Positions 10,214 to 19,997 of a stretch of DNA of 64,000 nt are shown here, in pieces. How positions within the stretch are numbered: the stretch's first letter is position 1; each line of letters starts with the position of its first letter. Under the pieces are notes generated by a model. It was not told the origin of the DNA. It made no database searches and saw only the letters and a program-made list of their open reading frames with translations. Location of the stretch: contig CBDDPY010000002.1 in assembly GCA_965232515.1 (NCBI GenBank), forward strand, positions 4,768,001-4,832,000. The letters run 5' to 3'. The stretch is from Alphaproteobacteria bacterium (GTDB taxonomy: Bacteria > Pseudomonadota > Alphaproteobacteria > GCA-2731375). Position numbers and translations under genes: made by a program.

Positions 10214-13200
10214 CTAGAACTCCTGCCAGTCCTGGTCTTCTTCGGCCTTCGCCGCCGCGGCGGATGCAGCGCGTCCGCGGCCGACGGTCTCGACCTTTCG
10301 CTGCAGCACGTCCTGCTGTTCGTGCACCGGATTGGCGGGCGCCGCCGGTGCAGCCTCGGCAATGGCCAGATCCGGAGCCGCTTCCGCTTCTTCGCCGGTC
10401 TTGAAGAAGCCGACCAGACGCTGCAGGTCGGTGGTCTGCGTCTCCATCGATTGCAGCGCCGCCGTGGTCTCTTCCACCAGGGCCGCGTTCTGCTGCGTCA
10501 TCTCGTCCATGTTCGACACCGCCGTGCCGACCTCGTCGATGCCCGAGGCCTGCTCCTTGCTGGCCGCGGCAATGTCCGAGATGATGTCCGCTACCTTCTT
10601 CACCGAGGTGACGATCTCCTCCAGCGAGGTGCCGGCCTTCTGCACCAGCCCGACGCCGTCGCGAACCTGGCTGTCCGAGTTGCTGATCAGGTCCTTGATC
10701 TCCTTGGACGCCCGACCCGACCGCTGGGCCAGCGCCCGGACTTCCGTCGCCACCACGGCGAAGCCCTTGCCGGCTTCGCCGGCGCGCGCCGCCTCGACCG
10801 CCGCGTTCAAGGCCAAGAGGTTGGTCTGGAAGGCGATCTCGTCGATCATGCCGACGATCTCGGTGATCTGCTTGGACGAGCCCTCGATCTTGCTCATGGC
10901 GTCCACGGCCGAGGCCACGACGTTGCCGCCGTTCGACGCCGCGTCGCGGGCCGCGACGGCCAGCTGATTGGCCTGCTGGGCGTTGTCGGCGTTCTGGCGC
11001 ACCGTGGCCGACAGCTCCTCCATCGAGGCGGCGGTCTCTTCCAGCGACGAGGCCTGCTGCTCGGTGCGCGACGACAGGTCGCCGGCGCCGGCGGCGATCT
11101 CGGCGGCGCCGCTGTTGACGCTGGCGGTCGCCGCGATGATGCGCTTGGCGATGTCGCCGATGGTCTCGGCCATCTGATTCGAATCGTCCTTCAGCTTCAG
11201 GAAGGTGCCTTCATAATCGCCTTCGATGCGTTGCGTAAGGTCACCCTTCGACATGGCCGACATCACCGAGACGGTCTCGTTCAACCCCCGGTCGACGGTG
11301 CCGACCAGCTCGTTCATACCCTTCGCCAGCTCAAGCATGAAGCCCTGCTTGCCGGATTCCTCCAACCGCTGGCTGAAATCGCCGTGTCCGGCCGCCGCCA
11401 CCAGGTCCGCGACTTCCGCCTCGATCGCGAGCTGTGCCGTCATGTCCGTCCATTCGACGGATGTGCCCAGACGTTCGCCGTCGGCGTCGAAGACCGGTGT
11501 CAGGTTCAGATCGAACGTCAATCCGCCGACCGTGACCCGACTGCGTTCGGGCGACCGCAGACCGTCCAGCAGGTTGCGCTGGTGCGACGGGTTCTTGTGG
11601 AACACGTCGATGTTGGTGCCGATCAGCTTGCTCACATCGAATGCCGGCAGTTGCTGACGGATTTCCGTCTCGCGGCTCGCCAGCAGGTCCAGGAAGGATT
11701 TGTTGACGTAGACGATGTTGCAGTCGGCGTCGGCGACCATGAAGTTCGTCGACGTGCCGTCCAGCGTCGCCTTGGCGCGCGCCATCTCCGCGTCGCTGAT
11801 CAGCTTGTCGGTAACGTCCGTCCACTGGATCGCCGTGCCGATCCGTTCGCCCTGCTGGTTGAAGGCGGGCGTCACGACCAGATCGAATGTCAGGCCCGCA
11901 AGCGCGACCCGGGTTTCGTGCGGCGCCCGCAGCCCGTCCAGCAGCGTGCGCTGATGCGCGGGGTTCGTGTGGAAGACATCGATGTTTGTGCCGATCAGGT
12001 TGTTCACGTCGAAGGCCGGCAGTTGCTTGCGGATCGCCGCCTCGCGTGTCGCCAGCAGGTCCAGGAAGGACTTGTTGACATAGACGATGTTGAAATCGGC
12101 GTCGGCGATCATGAAGTTCGCCGTCGCGCTGTCCAGCGCCGATTGCGCCCGGGCCGACGACGTGCCGAGGGTCCGGATCTGTTCCAGCGAGCGGACCAGA
12201 TCGCCCAGTTCGTCCCTGTTGTTCATGCCGGGCAGTTCGACGGTCATATCGCCGCCAGCCAGCTGGCCGACGCTGTCGGCGATGCGGACGACGGGCCGGC
12301 TGATGCTCCGCGAAATGATCTGCATCAGCACGAGCACCAGCACCAGCGCCACGCCATAGCCGACGCTCATCGCGATCAGCGTGTTGTTGGCGCTGCCTTG
12401 GTTTGCGTCCGTCAACGCCAGCAGTTCCGCGGCGATACTGTCCTCGACGCCCTTCAGGACGTTGATCTTCCTGGTGATGGCGTCGAACCAGAAGCTCCCG
12501 TCGACGCCTTCGGTATCGAAGCTTTCGATGCTGCGCGTGGCGACATCCCGCAGTCGGTTCACTTCCTTTGCGTCGGGGCCGTTCATCGCCGCGCTCAGGC
12601 GCTCGCGCGCCGCCGGCGTCGCGAAGCGCATGAAGCTGTCGAAATAGGCGTTCTGCTCCGCGATCAGGCTCGTGAAACGCCGATAAACCGCCAGCTCGAA
12701 CCGGCCGGCGGTGAAACCGGCCGCGCCCATCGCCCGTTCGACGCCGGCGCGTTCCTTGCCCTGCAGCAGGCTGACATAGGCGTTGATCTTTGACGTCACC
12801 TCGGGGTTCGTGCTCAACGCCGCCATGGCGCCGACGATATCCAGCATGCCGGCGATGGTGCCGGTATAGTAGCTCGCCATCTGCGGCACGGTTGCGGTCA
12901 GGCCATCGACCCGGCCGCGCATGTCCGACAGCCCGGCAAGCTGCGCGTTGGCCTTGCGCACCAGCGACGCGAACTCCTCGCCATAGGCCTCGACGTCGAA
13001 CTTCTGCAGCGAACCCTCGTAGGTGCTCAGCGCGCGGTCGCCGTTGACCCGCTGGCTGTTGATGCGGTCGGCGAATTTCTCGCCGCCGCTCGACACGAAG
13101 CCGGCCGACATGCCGCGTTCTTTTTGCAGTTCATGGACGACGGCGCTGATCTCGGTGCCCAGGGCGGCGAGTGCGCCGATCCGCTTTGCCTCGCTCGAGG

Positions 13201-13330
13201 CACGCCAGGTGTCGAGAAGCGCCTGCCCCAGCAGAAACACCAGCATGATGATCGGCAGTGCGGCGACCAGCGTCAGGCGGGTCGCGATCTTCAGATTGGA
13301 AACGCTATTGGCGAGTGACGGGAACGTCAT
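10214..13330 (-). CDS. methyl-accepting chemotaxis protein: NIT sensor, HAMP, two Aer2-type PAS domains, C-terminal pentapeptide
   Basis: NIT motifs VHELQKERG and KERAGVERA between two TMs. Two IDVFHxNPxHQR PAS repeats, signalling hairpin IAFQTNLLALNAAVEAARAGEAGKGFAVVA, and C-terminal DWQEF. Confidence 0.95.
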   Translation of the reverse strand: MTFPSLANSVSNLKIATRLTLVAALPIIMLVFLLGQALLDTWRASSEAKRIGALAALGTEISAVVHELQKERGMSAGFVSSGGEKFADRINSQRVNGDRALSTYEGSLQKFDVEAYGEEFASLVRKANAQLAGLSDMRGRVDGLTATVPQMASYYTGTIAGMLDIVGAMAALSTNPEVTSKINAYVSLLQGKERAGVERAMGAAGFTAGRFELAVYRRFTSLIAEQNAYFDSFMRFATPAARERLSAAMNGPDAKEVNRLRDVATRSIESFDTEGVDGSFWFDAITRKINVLKGVEDSIAAELLALTDANQGSANNTLIAMSVGYGVALVLVLVLMQIISRSISRPVVRIADSVGQLAGGDMTVELPGMNNRDELGDLVRSLEQIRTLGTSSARAQSALDSATANFMIADADFNIVYVNKSFLDLLATREAAIRKQLPAFDVNNLIGTNIDVFHTNPAHQRTLLDGLRAPHETRVALAGLTFDLVVTPAFNQQGERIGTAIQWTDVTDKLISDAEMARAKATLDGTSTNFMVADADCNIVYVNKSFLDLLASRETEIRQQLPAFDVSKLIGTNIDVFHKNPSHQRNLLDGLRSPERSRVTVGGLTFDLNLTPVFDADGERLGTSVEWTDMTAQLAIEAEVADLVAAAGHGDFSQRLEESGKQGFMLELAKGMNELVGTVDRGLNETVSVMSAMSKGDLTQRIEGDYEGTFLKLKDDSNQMAETIGDIAKRIIAATASVNSGAAEIAAGAGDLSSRTEQQASSLEETAASMEELSATVRQNADNAQQANQLAVAARDAASNGGNVVASAVDAMSKIEGSSKQITEIVGMIDEIAFQTNLLALNAAVEAARAGEAGKGFAVVATEVRALAQRSGRASKEIKDLISNSDSQVRDGVGLVQKAGTSLEEIVTSVKKVADIISDIAAASKEQASGIDEVGTAVSNMDEMTQQNAALVEETTAALQSMETQTTDLQRLVGFFKTGEEAEAAPDLAIAEAAPAAPANPVHEQQDVLQRKVETVGRGRAASAAAAKAEEDQDWQEF

Positions 13331-13407
13331 TTTGCAAACCCCCATATCGAACGCCACAAAATGACGGCGTCTGTCGATATACACTCGTCGCAATTGCACT
13401 CCCGCTA

Positions 13408-13515
13408 GTTAAGTAAATCCTAAATCAGAGAATAAAACTGATAAAATTCAACCTATTTGACATATATTGAAAACATAAATTAACAATTACAACTCAAGTT
13501 ATTAACATAAATTAA
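13408..13515 (-). promoter_or_regulatory. AT-rich promoter region with CtrA-like box and direct repeat
   Basis: Minus-strand TTAG-N7-TTAAC at 13408-13423 (one mismatch to the CtrA consensus). AACATAAATTAA is repeated at 13472 and 13504. Confidence 0.45.
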
Positions 13516-13761
13516 GGTCATATCTGGCGGTCAGTCGACTTGAACTTAGCGCCCAGCGCCGAAATCAAGTACCGAATTAACCTTCTGTTCATTTTCGTGA
13601 ATTGATTCGACTGTTTTTGATTTCGCTTTCGGGTGGTTGGCGGCATCGATTTACTGTCCGCGCCGCGTCGACGTGAAAGAAGATCGTTCCGACCTACATC
13701 GACTGTTGTACCTGTTGTCTCCGCTGCGCGTCGGCGGCGAGCGCGGAAGGGTGAGGTCGGC

Positions 13762-14496
13762 ATGGAGAGTTTCGGCGAGAAGCTGCGGATCGCCGTGATC
13801 GGCGCGTCGGGCGGCATTGGCGGGGCGTTGGTGCGGCATTTGTCCGGCGACGATCGCGTCGCCGAGGTCTTTGCGTTCGCCCGCTCGGAACCGGGTTCGG
13901 CTATCGCGGGGCCGCGCGTGACGCTGGGTCAAATCGATATCGAGCGCGAAGACAGCATCGCCACGGCGGCCGAGGTCGCGGGTCCGGTGCATGTCGTTCT
14001 GGTCGCGACAGGCATCCTCCACGATTCCGACGGCCTGCAGCCGGAGAAGAACTGGCGGGCGCTCGATGCCGAGGCGCTGCTGCGCGCCTACCGGATCAAC
14101 GCCGTCGGCCCGGCCCTGATTGCGAAACACTTCCTGCCCCGGCTGCCGCGCGAACGCCGAACCGCCTTCGCGGCGCTGTCCGCGCGGGTCGGCAGCATCG
14201 GCGACAACCGGTTGGGCGGTTGGCACGCCTATCGCGCCTCGAAGGCGGCGCTCAACATGCTGATCAGGACGCTGGCCATCGAGCTGGCGCGAAACCGGCC
14301 GCGGGCGCTCTGCGTCGGCCTGCATCCCGGCACCGTCGATACCGCCCTGTCGCTGCCGTTTCAACGGGGCGTGCCGCCGGAGAAGCTGTTCGCGCCGGAC
14401 GCCGCCGCCGCCCGCCTGCTGTCGGTGCTCGACGGGCTCGAACCGGCCGACAGCGGCCATCTCTTCGCCTGGGACGGCGCCCGCATCCCGTTCTGA
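13762..14496 (+). CDS. short-chain dehydrogenase, CsgA/C-factor-like
   Basis: GASGGIG, LSARVGSIGDNRLGGW, YRASK, LHPGTVDT. Confidence 0.92.
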   Translation: MESFGEKLRIAVIGASGGIGGALVRHLSGDDRVAEVFAFARSEPGSAIAGPRVTLGQIDIEREDSIATAAEVAGPVHVVLVATGILHDSDGLQPEKNWRALDAEALLRAYRINAVGPALIAKHFLPRLPRERRTAFAALSARVGSIGDNRLGGWHAYRASKAALNMLIRTLAIELARNRPRALCVGLHPGTVDTALSLPFQRGVPPEKLFAPDAAAARLLSVLDGLEPADSGHLFAWDGARIPF

Positions 14497-14546
14497 ATTT
14501 GCGCTAAACTGTCGCCTCGACGGTTCGTGGCCAGGCGGGCGAAAGC

Positions 14547-15395
14547 ATGCATCAGCAGGCGCATCGCTGCGAGGAAGACGGTTGGGAGATCGTGCATGCC
14601 TATCCGCGGCGCGATCTCGAAGACTATGTCGTCCGTTATACGGGCTACTGGGAAAGCCGGCCGCAGCTCGTCCGCTGGCGTGAGCCGGCGACGGCCGTCG
14701 TCCCGTTCATCGTCAACCTCGGACCGGCCTTTCGCATCCGCCTCGGCGATGACGTCGATGGCGAGCGGGACTACCGCAGCTTCGTCGCCGGCATCAACGA
14801 CGACTTCGCCATGGTCGAGGCCGTCGGCGCCACCTATTGCGTACAGATGGATCTGACGCCGCTCGGCGCCTACCGCCTGCTGCATCTGCCCATGTCCGAG
14901 CTCGCCAGCCGGATCGTCACGCTGCCCGATGTGATCGGCGTCGATGTCGATGATCTGGCGGGCCGGCTTTACGATGCGTCCGACTGGACGGCCCGTTTCG
15001 CGTTGCTCGACGGCTTCGCCCGCCGCCGGCTGGCGAGCGGCCGTCCGCCCACGGCGGCCGTCGCCTGGGCCTGGCGGCAATTGGTGGCGAGCCGGGGCCA
15101 GGTTCGCATCGAGCGGCTGACCGATACCTTGGGTTGCAGTCGCAAGCACCTGTCGCAGCGCTTCGCCGTCGAGGTCGGCAAGCCGCCGAAAACAGTCGCC
15201 CGCATTCTGCGCTTCGAGCACGCCTGCGCGCGGATGCGGCATGCCGCCGATCGGAGCTGGACCGGCATTGCCGTCGACTGCGGCTATGCCGATCAGGCGC
15301 ATATGATCCGCGAGTTCCGGTCGTTCGCGGGCCTGACGCCGGTCGAGTTGGCCGGTCGCGACACGGGCGAGGGCGGCGTCCGCGAGCTCGGCTAG
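14547..15395 (+). CDS. AraC family transcriptional regulator
   Basis: C-terminal double HTH with SRKHLSQRF and GYADQAHMIREFR. Confidence 0.9.
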   Translation: MHQQAHRCEEDGWEIVHAYPRRDLEDYVVRYTGYWESRPQLVRWREPATAVVPFIVNLGPAFRIRLGDDVDGERDYRSFVAGINDDFAMVEAVGATYCVQMDLTPLGAYRLLHLPMSELASRIVTLPDVIGVDVDDLAGRLYDASDWTARFALLDGFARRRLASGRPPTAAVAWAWRQLVASRGQVRIERLTDTLGCSRKHLSQRFAVEVGKPPKTVARILRFEHACARMRHAADRSWTGIAVDCGYADQAHMIREFRSFAGLTPVELAGRDTGEGGVRELG

Positions 15396-15481
15396 CACTG
15401 GGCGGTAACATTCGTTCAAGACCGCCAGGCCATCAGGGCGTAGGTGTTGGGCACTAATTCCGAACCATGAGAGGCCAAGCC

Positions 15482-15928
15482 ATGCCAACCGACCTCGTCG
15501 AACCGACCCGAATCTATCCCACCCTGCGCTATCGCGACGCGTTGACCATGATCGACTGGCTGATCGGCGCCTTCGGCTTCGAAAAGCATGTTCTGTACCC
15601 CGGACCGGACGATACCGTCGCGCACGCCCAGCTCTGCCTGGGCTCGGGCATGATCATGGTCGGCACGGCGCGCGCTGACGATTTCGACAAGCTGGTCGGC
15701 AGCATCGACGGCCCGAAGATGTCGGGCCAGGCCGTCTACATTGCCGTCGACGATACCGACGCGATGCACGATCGTGCGAGGGACGCCGGCGCTGAGATCG
15801 TCATGCCGCTGACCGATACCGACTACGGCAGCCGCGATTTCGTCTGCCGCGACCCCGAAGGCTATCTCTGGTGCTTCGGCACCTACTGGCCCAAGGCCCA
15901 CGAGCCGGCGATGCCGTCAGGCGAGTAG
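15482..15928 (+). CDS. VOC/glyoxalase family protein
   Basis: IYPTLRYRDA, HAQL, DTDYGSRDFVCRDPEGYLW. Confidence 0.9.
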   Translation: MPTDLVEPTRIYPTLRYRDALTMIDWLIGAFGFEKHVLYPGPDDTVAHAQLCLGSGMIMVGTARADDFDKLVGSIDGPKMSGQAVYIAVDDTDAMHDRARDAGAEIVMPLTDTDYGSRDFVCRDPEGYLWCFGTYWPKAHEPAMPSGE

Positions 15929-16537
15929 CGCCCCCAGATAGGTCCGCACCGGTTCGTGGTCTAACAGTCGGTCGAAGTCGGCGGCGTGCGTCAGTGTGCC
16001 GTTCTGCACAAAGATGAAGCGCTCGCAGATCTCGCGCAGGATATCGAGGTGGAAGGCCTCGTTCGGGTGCAGGCACAGGAACACCAGCCGGCCCTCGCGC
16101 CGCAGCCTGGCGAAGAAGTCCAGCATGAAGCCGATATAGCCGTCCTGGGTGTTGAACTGCGGTTCGTCGAACAGATGCACCAGCGGATAGTCGCTGCCCG
16201 CGCGCTGCATCAGAAACGCCGGCCGGGTCTTGGCGAAGTGCCGCACCTGATAGGACTGGTGATAGTGGATCGCCAGCCGGTCGCGCTCGTCATAGCGCAC
16301 CCGGTGGATATCGCGGCCGGCGCACAGCACGTGGCCGGCGGTGGGGCGGTTCGAGCCGGTGATCAGCTCGAACAGCGTCGTCTTGCCCGAGCCGTTCGGA
16401 CCCATGACGCCGACGATCTGCGGCGCCGCCACGGTGAAGTCGGCCCGCAACCGAAACGTTTCGCGCCGGTCGAACAGGCCCTGGCGGTAGACCTTGGTCA
16501 GGCCCTCGACGGCCAGCAGCGGCGGGTCGCTTGTCAT
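15917..16537 (-). CDS. atypical short ABC ATP-binding protein lacking the signature subdomain
   Basis: Walker A GPNGSGKT, Q-loop HYHQS, Walker B LVHLFDEP and H-loop LCLHP, but no LSGGQ-like motif. Its start overlaps the livF stop (ATGA). Confidence 0.8.
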   Translation of the reverse strand: MTSDPPLLAVEGLTKVYRQGLFDRRETFRLRADFTVAAPQIVGVMGPNGSGKTTLFELITGSNRPTAGHVLCAGRDIHRVRYDERDRLAIHYHQSYQVRHFAKTRPAFLMQRAGSDYPLVHLFDEPQFNTQDGYIGFMLDFFARLRREGRLVFLCLHPNEAFHLDILREICERFIFVQNGTLTHAADFDRLLDHEPVRTYLGALLA

Positions 16538-17232
16538 ATGCCCAACAGCCGTTCGCGTGCGGCCGCGTCGTTCAGCAGGTCGCGCGCGGCGCCGCCGTGA
16601 ACGATGCGGCCCTGGTCCATGACATAGACCCGGTCAGCCACCTCCAGCGCGCTGACCGCGTTCTGCTCGACCACCAGGACCGAGATGCCCTCGGCCTTGA
16701 GGCGTTCGATCGCCGCCATCACGTCCTGCACGATCTTTGGCGCCAGGCCCTGGGACGGCTCGTCGAACAGCACCAGGCCGGGCGCGCCCAAGAGCGCCCG
16801 GGCGATCGCCACCATCTGCATCTCGCCGCCCGACAGGTTCTCGGCGTCGCGCCGGGTCAGATGCGCCAGCGCCGAGAACAGCTCGAACACCTCGCCCATC
16901 TCCCAGGCGCGAAACCGGGTCGTGCGCCGGCCGATGGCCAGGTTCTGCGCCACCGTCAGGGTCGGGAAGATCCGCCGGTCGTCCGGCACCCAGCCGATGC
17001 CGCGACGCGAGATCTCGTGCGTGGTGGTTCGTGTGATGTCGTCGCCGTCGAACCAGATCGTGCCGGCACGCGGCGGGTTCAGGCCCAGAATGGACCGCAG
17101 CGTCGTGGTCTTGCCGGCGCCGCTGGCGCCGAGCAATGCTACCACCTCGCCGACATCGACCTCCAGCGTGACGCCGAACAGCGCCTGCGTTTCGCCGTAG
17201 AGCGTTTCGATGTCGCGCAGCTGCAGCCTCAT
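16534..17232 (-). CDS. livF: HAAT/branched-chain amino acid ABC transporter ATPase, LivF-like
   Basis: GASGAGKTT, RRIFPTLTV, LSGGEMQM, DEPSQGLAP, VEQN. Confidence 0.9.
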   Translation of the reverse strand: MRLQLRDIETLYGETQALFGVTLEVDVGEVVALLGASGAGKTTTLRSILGLNPPRAGTIWFDGDDITRTTTHEISRRGIGWVPDDRRIFPTLTVAQNLAIGRRTTRFRAWEMGEVFELFSALAHLTRRDAENLSGGEMQMVAIARALLGAPGLVLFDEPSQGLAPKIVQDVMAAIERLKAEGISVLVVEQNAVSALEVADRVYVMDQGRIVHGGAARDLLNDAAARERLLGI

Positions 17233-17972
17233 GCCAACGCTCCCAGGTTCGAGCGCTGCACCCAGGGGTTTTCCCGCAGGGCCTCGGGCGTGCCCTCGGC
17301 GATCACCTGGCCCCAGTGAATGACCGAGATCCGGTCGGCGAGCCCGAACAGGAACCGCATGTCGTGCTCGATGACGACGATGGTCGTCCGGCGTTTCAAC
17401 TCCGAAATCAGCTCGGCCAGGCGCGCGGTGGCGGACGCGCCCAGACCCGCCGTCGGCTCGTCGACGAACAGCAGGACCGGCTCGGTGGCCAGCGCGACGC
17501 CGATCTCCAGCGCCCGGCGCTCGCCATAGGACAAGCTTTTCGCGTTCTCGTGCTCGCGCCCGGCGAGGCCGACCCGCCGCAGCAGCTCGGCGGCGCGGTC
17601 GCGCGTTTCGGTGTCGGCGTCCAGCGCATGCAGCGCGTGAAAGCCGCGCCGCCGCACCTCGGGCAGGGCGATCACCACGTTGTCCAGCGCCGTGTAGTCG
17701 TCGAACAAGCTCATGATCTGGAACGACCGCGAGATGCCCTTCTCGACAATGGCGTGCGGCGACAGCCCCGTGATGTCGGCGCCGTCAAACAACACCCGAC
17801 CGCGGTCCGGCTTGTAGCGGCCCGTCAGCACGTTGAAGCAGGTGGTCTTGCCGGCGCCGTTCGGTCCCATGATGCCGGACAGCTGGCCAGACTCGAAACT
17901 GAGGCTGATGTCCTCCAGCACGACCTGCTGGCCGAACCGCTTGTGCAGATGATGGGCTTCGAACAGCGCCAT
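17229..17972 (-). CDS. livG: HAAT ABC transporter ATPase, LivG-like
   Basis: GPNGAGKTT, ISRSFQ, LSYGE, DEPTAGL, IEHDM. The start is MALFEAHH; the longer ORF is an overlap artefact. Confidence 0.9.
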   Translation of the reverse strand: MALFEAHHLHKRFGQQVVLEDISLSFESGQLSGIMGPNGAGKTTCFNVLTGRYKPDRGRVLFDGADITGLSPHAIVEKGISRSFQIMSLFDDYTALDNVVIALPEVRRRGFHALHALDADTETRDRAAELLRRVGLAGREHENAKSLSYGERRALEIGVALATEPVLLFVDEPTAGLGASATARLAELISELKRRTTIVVIEHDMRFLFGLADRISVIHWGQVIAEGTPEALRENPWVQRSNLGALA

Positions 17973-17974
17973 GC

Positions 17975-18988
17975 TCAATGCTCGGGCCGCACGGCCGGGG
18001 CGGGCGTGGTCGTTGGCTTTGGCCGCCGCCCCAGGTCGCGCCAGATACCGGCCAGACCGTCCGGCTTGAACATCACCAGCACCACGAACATAAGACCGAA
18101 CCACAACAGCCAGGTGTCGGTGTAGGCGCCCAACACGTCGCGGGCGACGAAGTACAGGATCACGCCGACGACCGGCCCCCAGAAGCTGACGAAGCCGCCG
18201 CCGATCAGGACGATCAGCACGATCGTGCCCGACCATTGCAGGCTCATGATGTTGATGTAGGCGCCTTCCTGGGCCATGGCGAACAGGCCGCCGGCGAGCC
18301 CGGTGATGGCGCAGGACAGCGTGAACACCGACCATTTGAACAGCGTCACCGGATAGCCGACGAACGCGACCCGCATCTGGTTCTGCTTGATCGCCCGCAA
18401 CACCCGGCCATAGGACGAATGCGTCAATCGCCACAGCAACGGCGTCAGCACGACATAGGCCGCGAAGCAGAGGTAGTAGAGCCCGACATTGTCCGTCGTC
18501 GGCAGCGCCGTTAGGCCGAGCTCGACAGGCAGCCGGGCGATGTTCAACAGGCCGTCCTCGCCGCCGGTGACGCTGGTCCATTTGCTGGCGATGAAATAGA
18601 AGATCTGCCCGAAGGCGATCGACATCAGCGCGAAATAAATCCCCCGCCGGTGCGACAAGAACGCCGCCGTAAGGCCGCCGAATACGGCCGTGGTCAGCAC
18701 CGCGGCAGCCAAGCAGAACCACAGATTCGGCCAGATGTTGAACTGCGCCAGGCCGAAGGCATAGGCGCCGATGCCGAGGAAGGCGCCGTGGCCGAACGAC
18801 GGCAGGCCGGTGTAGCCCAACAACAGGTTGAAGCCGAGCGCGAACAGAATCCAGATCAGAACCTCGACGCCGAGATAGTGATAGAGGCCGACCGCCTCGA
18901 TCCACAGCGGCAGCGTGCCGAAGGCCACGAACGACAGCAGCATCGGGCCGGTCACCCAGGCCTTGGTCTGCTTCAATGGATAGTCCAT
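17975..18988 (-). CDS. livM: HAAT ABC transporter permease, LivM-like
   Basis: LLGYTGLPSFGHGAF, TGGEDGL, YGRVLRAIKQN. Confidence 0.9.
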   Translation of the reverse strand: MDYPLKQTKAWVTGPMLLSFVAFGTLPLWIEAVGLYHYLGVEVLIWILFALGFNLLLGYTGLPSFGHGAFLGIGAYAFGLAQFNIWPNLWFCLAAAVLTTAVFGGLTAAFLSHRRGIYFALMSIAFGQIFYFIASKWTSVTGGEDGLLNIARLPVELGLTALPTTDNVGLYYLCFAAYVVLTPLLWRLTHSSYGRVLRAIKQNQMRVAFVGYPVTLFKWSVFTLSCAITGLAGGLFAMAQEGAYINIMSLQWSGTIVLIVLIGGGFVSFWGPVVGVILYFVARDVLGAYTDTWLLWFGLMFVVLVMFKPDGLAGIWRDLGRRPKPTTTPAPAVRPEH

Positions 18989-19001
18989 CGCCGCCGCCGC
19001 C

Positions 19002-19925
19002 TCAGGCTTCCAGCACGCTCGCCTTGCCGGCGAGCCCGCGGGCGCGGAACGTGACCACGGCCAGCAGCAGGAGGTACATCGACAGCAGCGACCAGTCGGT
19101 CAGGAAGGCGCCGGTCAGGCCGACCACCAGGCCGACCAGGATGCCGGCCGAGACCGCGCCCCAGAAGCTGCCGACGCCGCCCAGCACGATGACCACGAAG
19201 GCCGGGATCACCGCGTCGACGCCGACCACCGGGCGGATGCCCCAGATCGGCGCCATGACGATGCCGGCGATGCCGGCCAGCGCCGCGCCGAAGGCGAAGA
19301 CGTAGAGCCTGAGCCGTTTCAGGTTGTAGCCCAGCGCGCGCACCATCTCGCTGTCATGCGCGCCGGCCTTGATCACGGCGCCATAGGGCGTCTTGTTCAG
19401 GAACAGCCAGAGCACGCCGATCATCGCCGCCGCGAACAGGGCCGCGTAGATGCGATAGGTGGAATAGATCAGGTCGCCGAAGATGAAGCCGCCGGAGATG
19501 CCGCGCGGGATCGGCAGGTAGTATTCGCTGCTGCCCCAGATCTCGCGGATCGTCTCCTCCAGCACCAGCGCCGCGCCGAAGGTCAGCAGCAGGCCGTAGA
19601 GTGGGTCGCCGCCATAGGTCCGGCGCAGGCACAGCTCCAGGCCCATGCCGACGACGGCGACCACAGCCGGCCCGACGATCAGCGCGATGACATAGCGCGG
19701 CACCGCCGGCAGCGCGTAATAGGGCTCCATGAACGCGAACGGCAGGCCGCCGTCCGGCGCCATCACCGCCAGCGCAATGTAGGCGCCCAGTGTGAACAAC
19801 GCGCCGTGCGCCAGGTTGATCACTTCCATCACGCCGATGATCAGCATGAAGCCCAGCGCCAGCAGCGCGAACAGCAGCCCCAGCGCAACGCCGTTGATCA
19901 GGTGCGGTATCAGGTCGTACAGCAT
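19002..19925 (-). CDS. livH: HAAT ABC transporter permease, LivH-like
   Basis: INLAHGA, AFVVIVLGGVGS. Confidence 0.9.
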   Translation of the reverse strand: MLYDLIPHLINGVALGLLFALLALGFMLIIGVMEVINLAHGALFTLGAYIALAVMAPDGGLPFAFMEPYYALPAVPRYVIALIVGPAVVAVVGMGLELCLRRTYGGDPLYGLLLTFGAALVLEETIREIWGSSEYYLPIPRGISGGFIFGDLIYSTYRIYAALFAAAMIGVLWLFLNKTPYGAVIKAGAHDSEMVRALGYNLKRLRLYVFAFGAALAGIAGIVMAPIWGIRPVVGVDAVIPAFVVIVLGGVGSFWGAVSAGILVGLVVGLTGAFLTDWSLLSMYLLLLAVVTFRARGLAGKASVLEA

Positions 19926-19943
19926 GTCCGTCGCGCAACAGGT

Positions 19944-19977
19944 TCCCCTCTCCCGCCGAATGCTGCGGGAGAGGGGA
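19944..19977. repeat. intergenic hairpin (REP-like) between binding-protein and permease genes
   Basis: TCCCCTCTCCCGC-N8-GCGGGAGAGGGGA, a perfect 13-bp stem. This position is typical for stabilising binding-protein mRNA. Confidence 0.7.
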
Positions 19978-19997
19978 GCGTCAACAACTCGCCGACC

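Noticed and set aside
10133-12793. Long antisense or alternate-frame ORFs (e.g. 886 aa here, 650 aa at 19356-21308, 627 aa at 52-1935)
   Set aside because: These are shadow ORFs of real genes, expected in high-GC DNA. They have no motifs and R/A/G/P-biased composition.
17973-18905. Apparent 558-aa LivG with a long N-terminal extension (similar extensions on ORFs at 36635, 44144, 55649, 60887)
   Set aside because: The extensions overlap other genes or intergenic DNA and read as low-complexity. Internal starts give normal-sized proteins.
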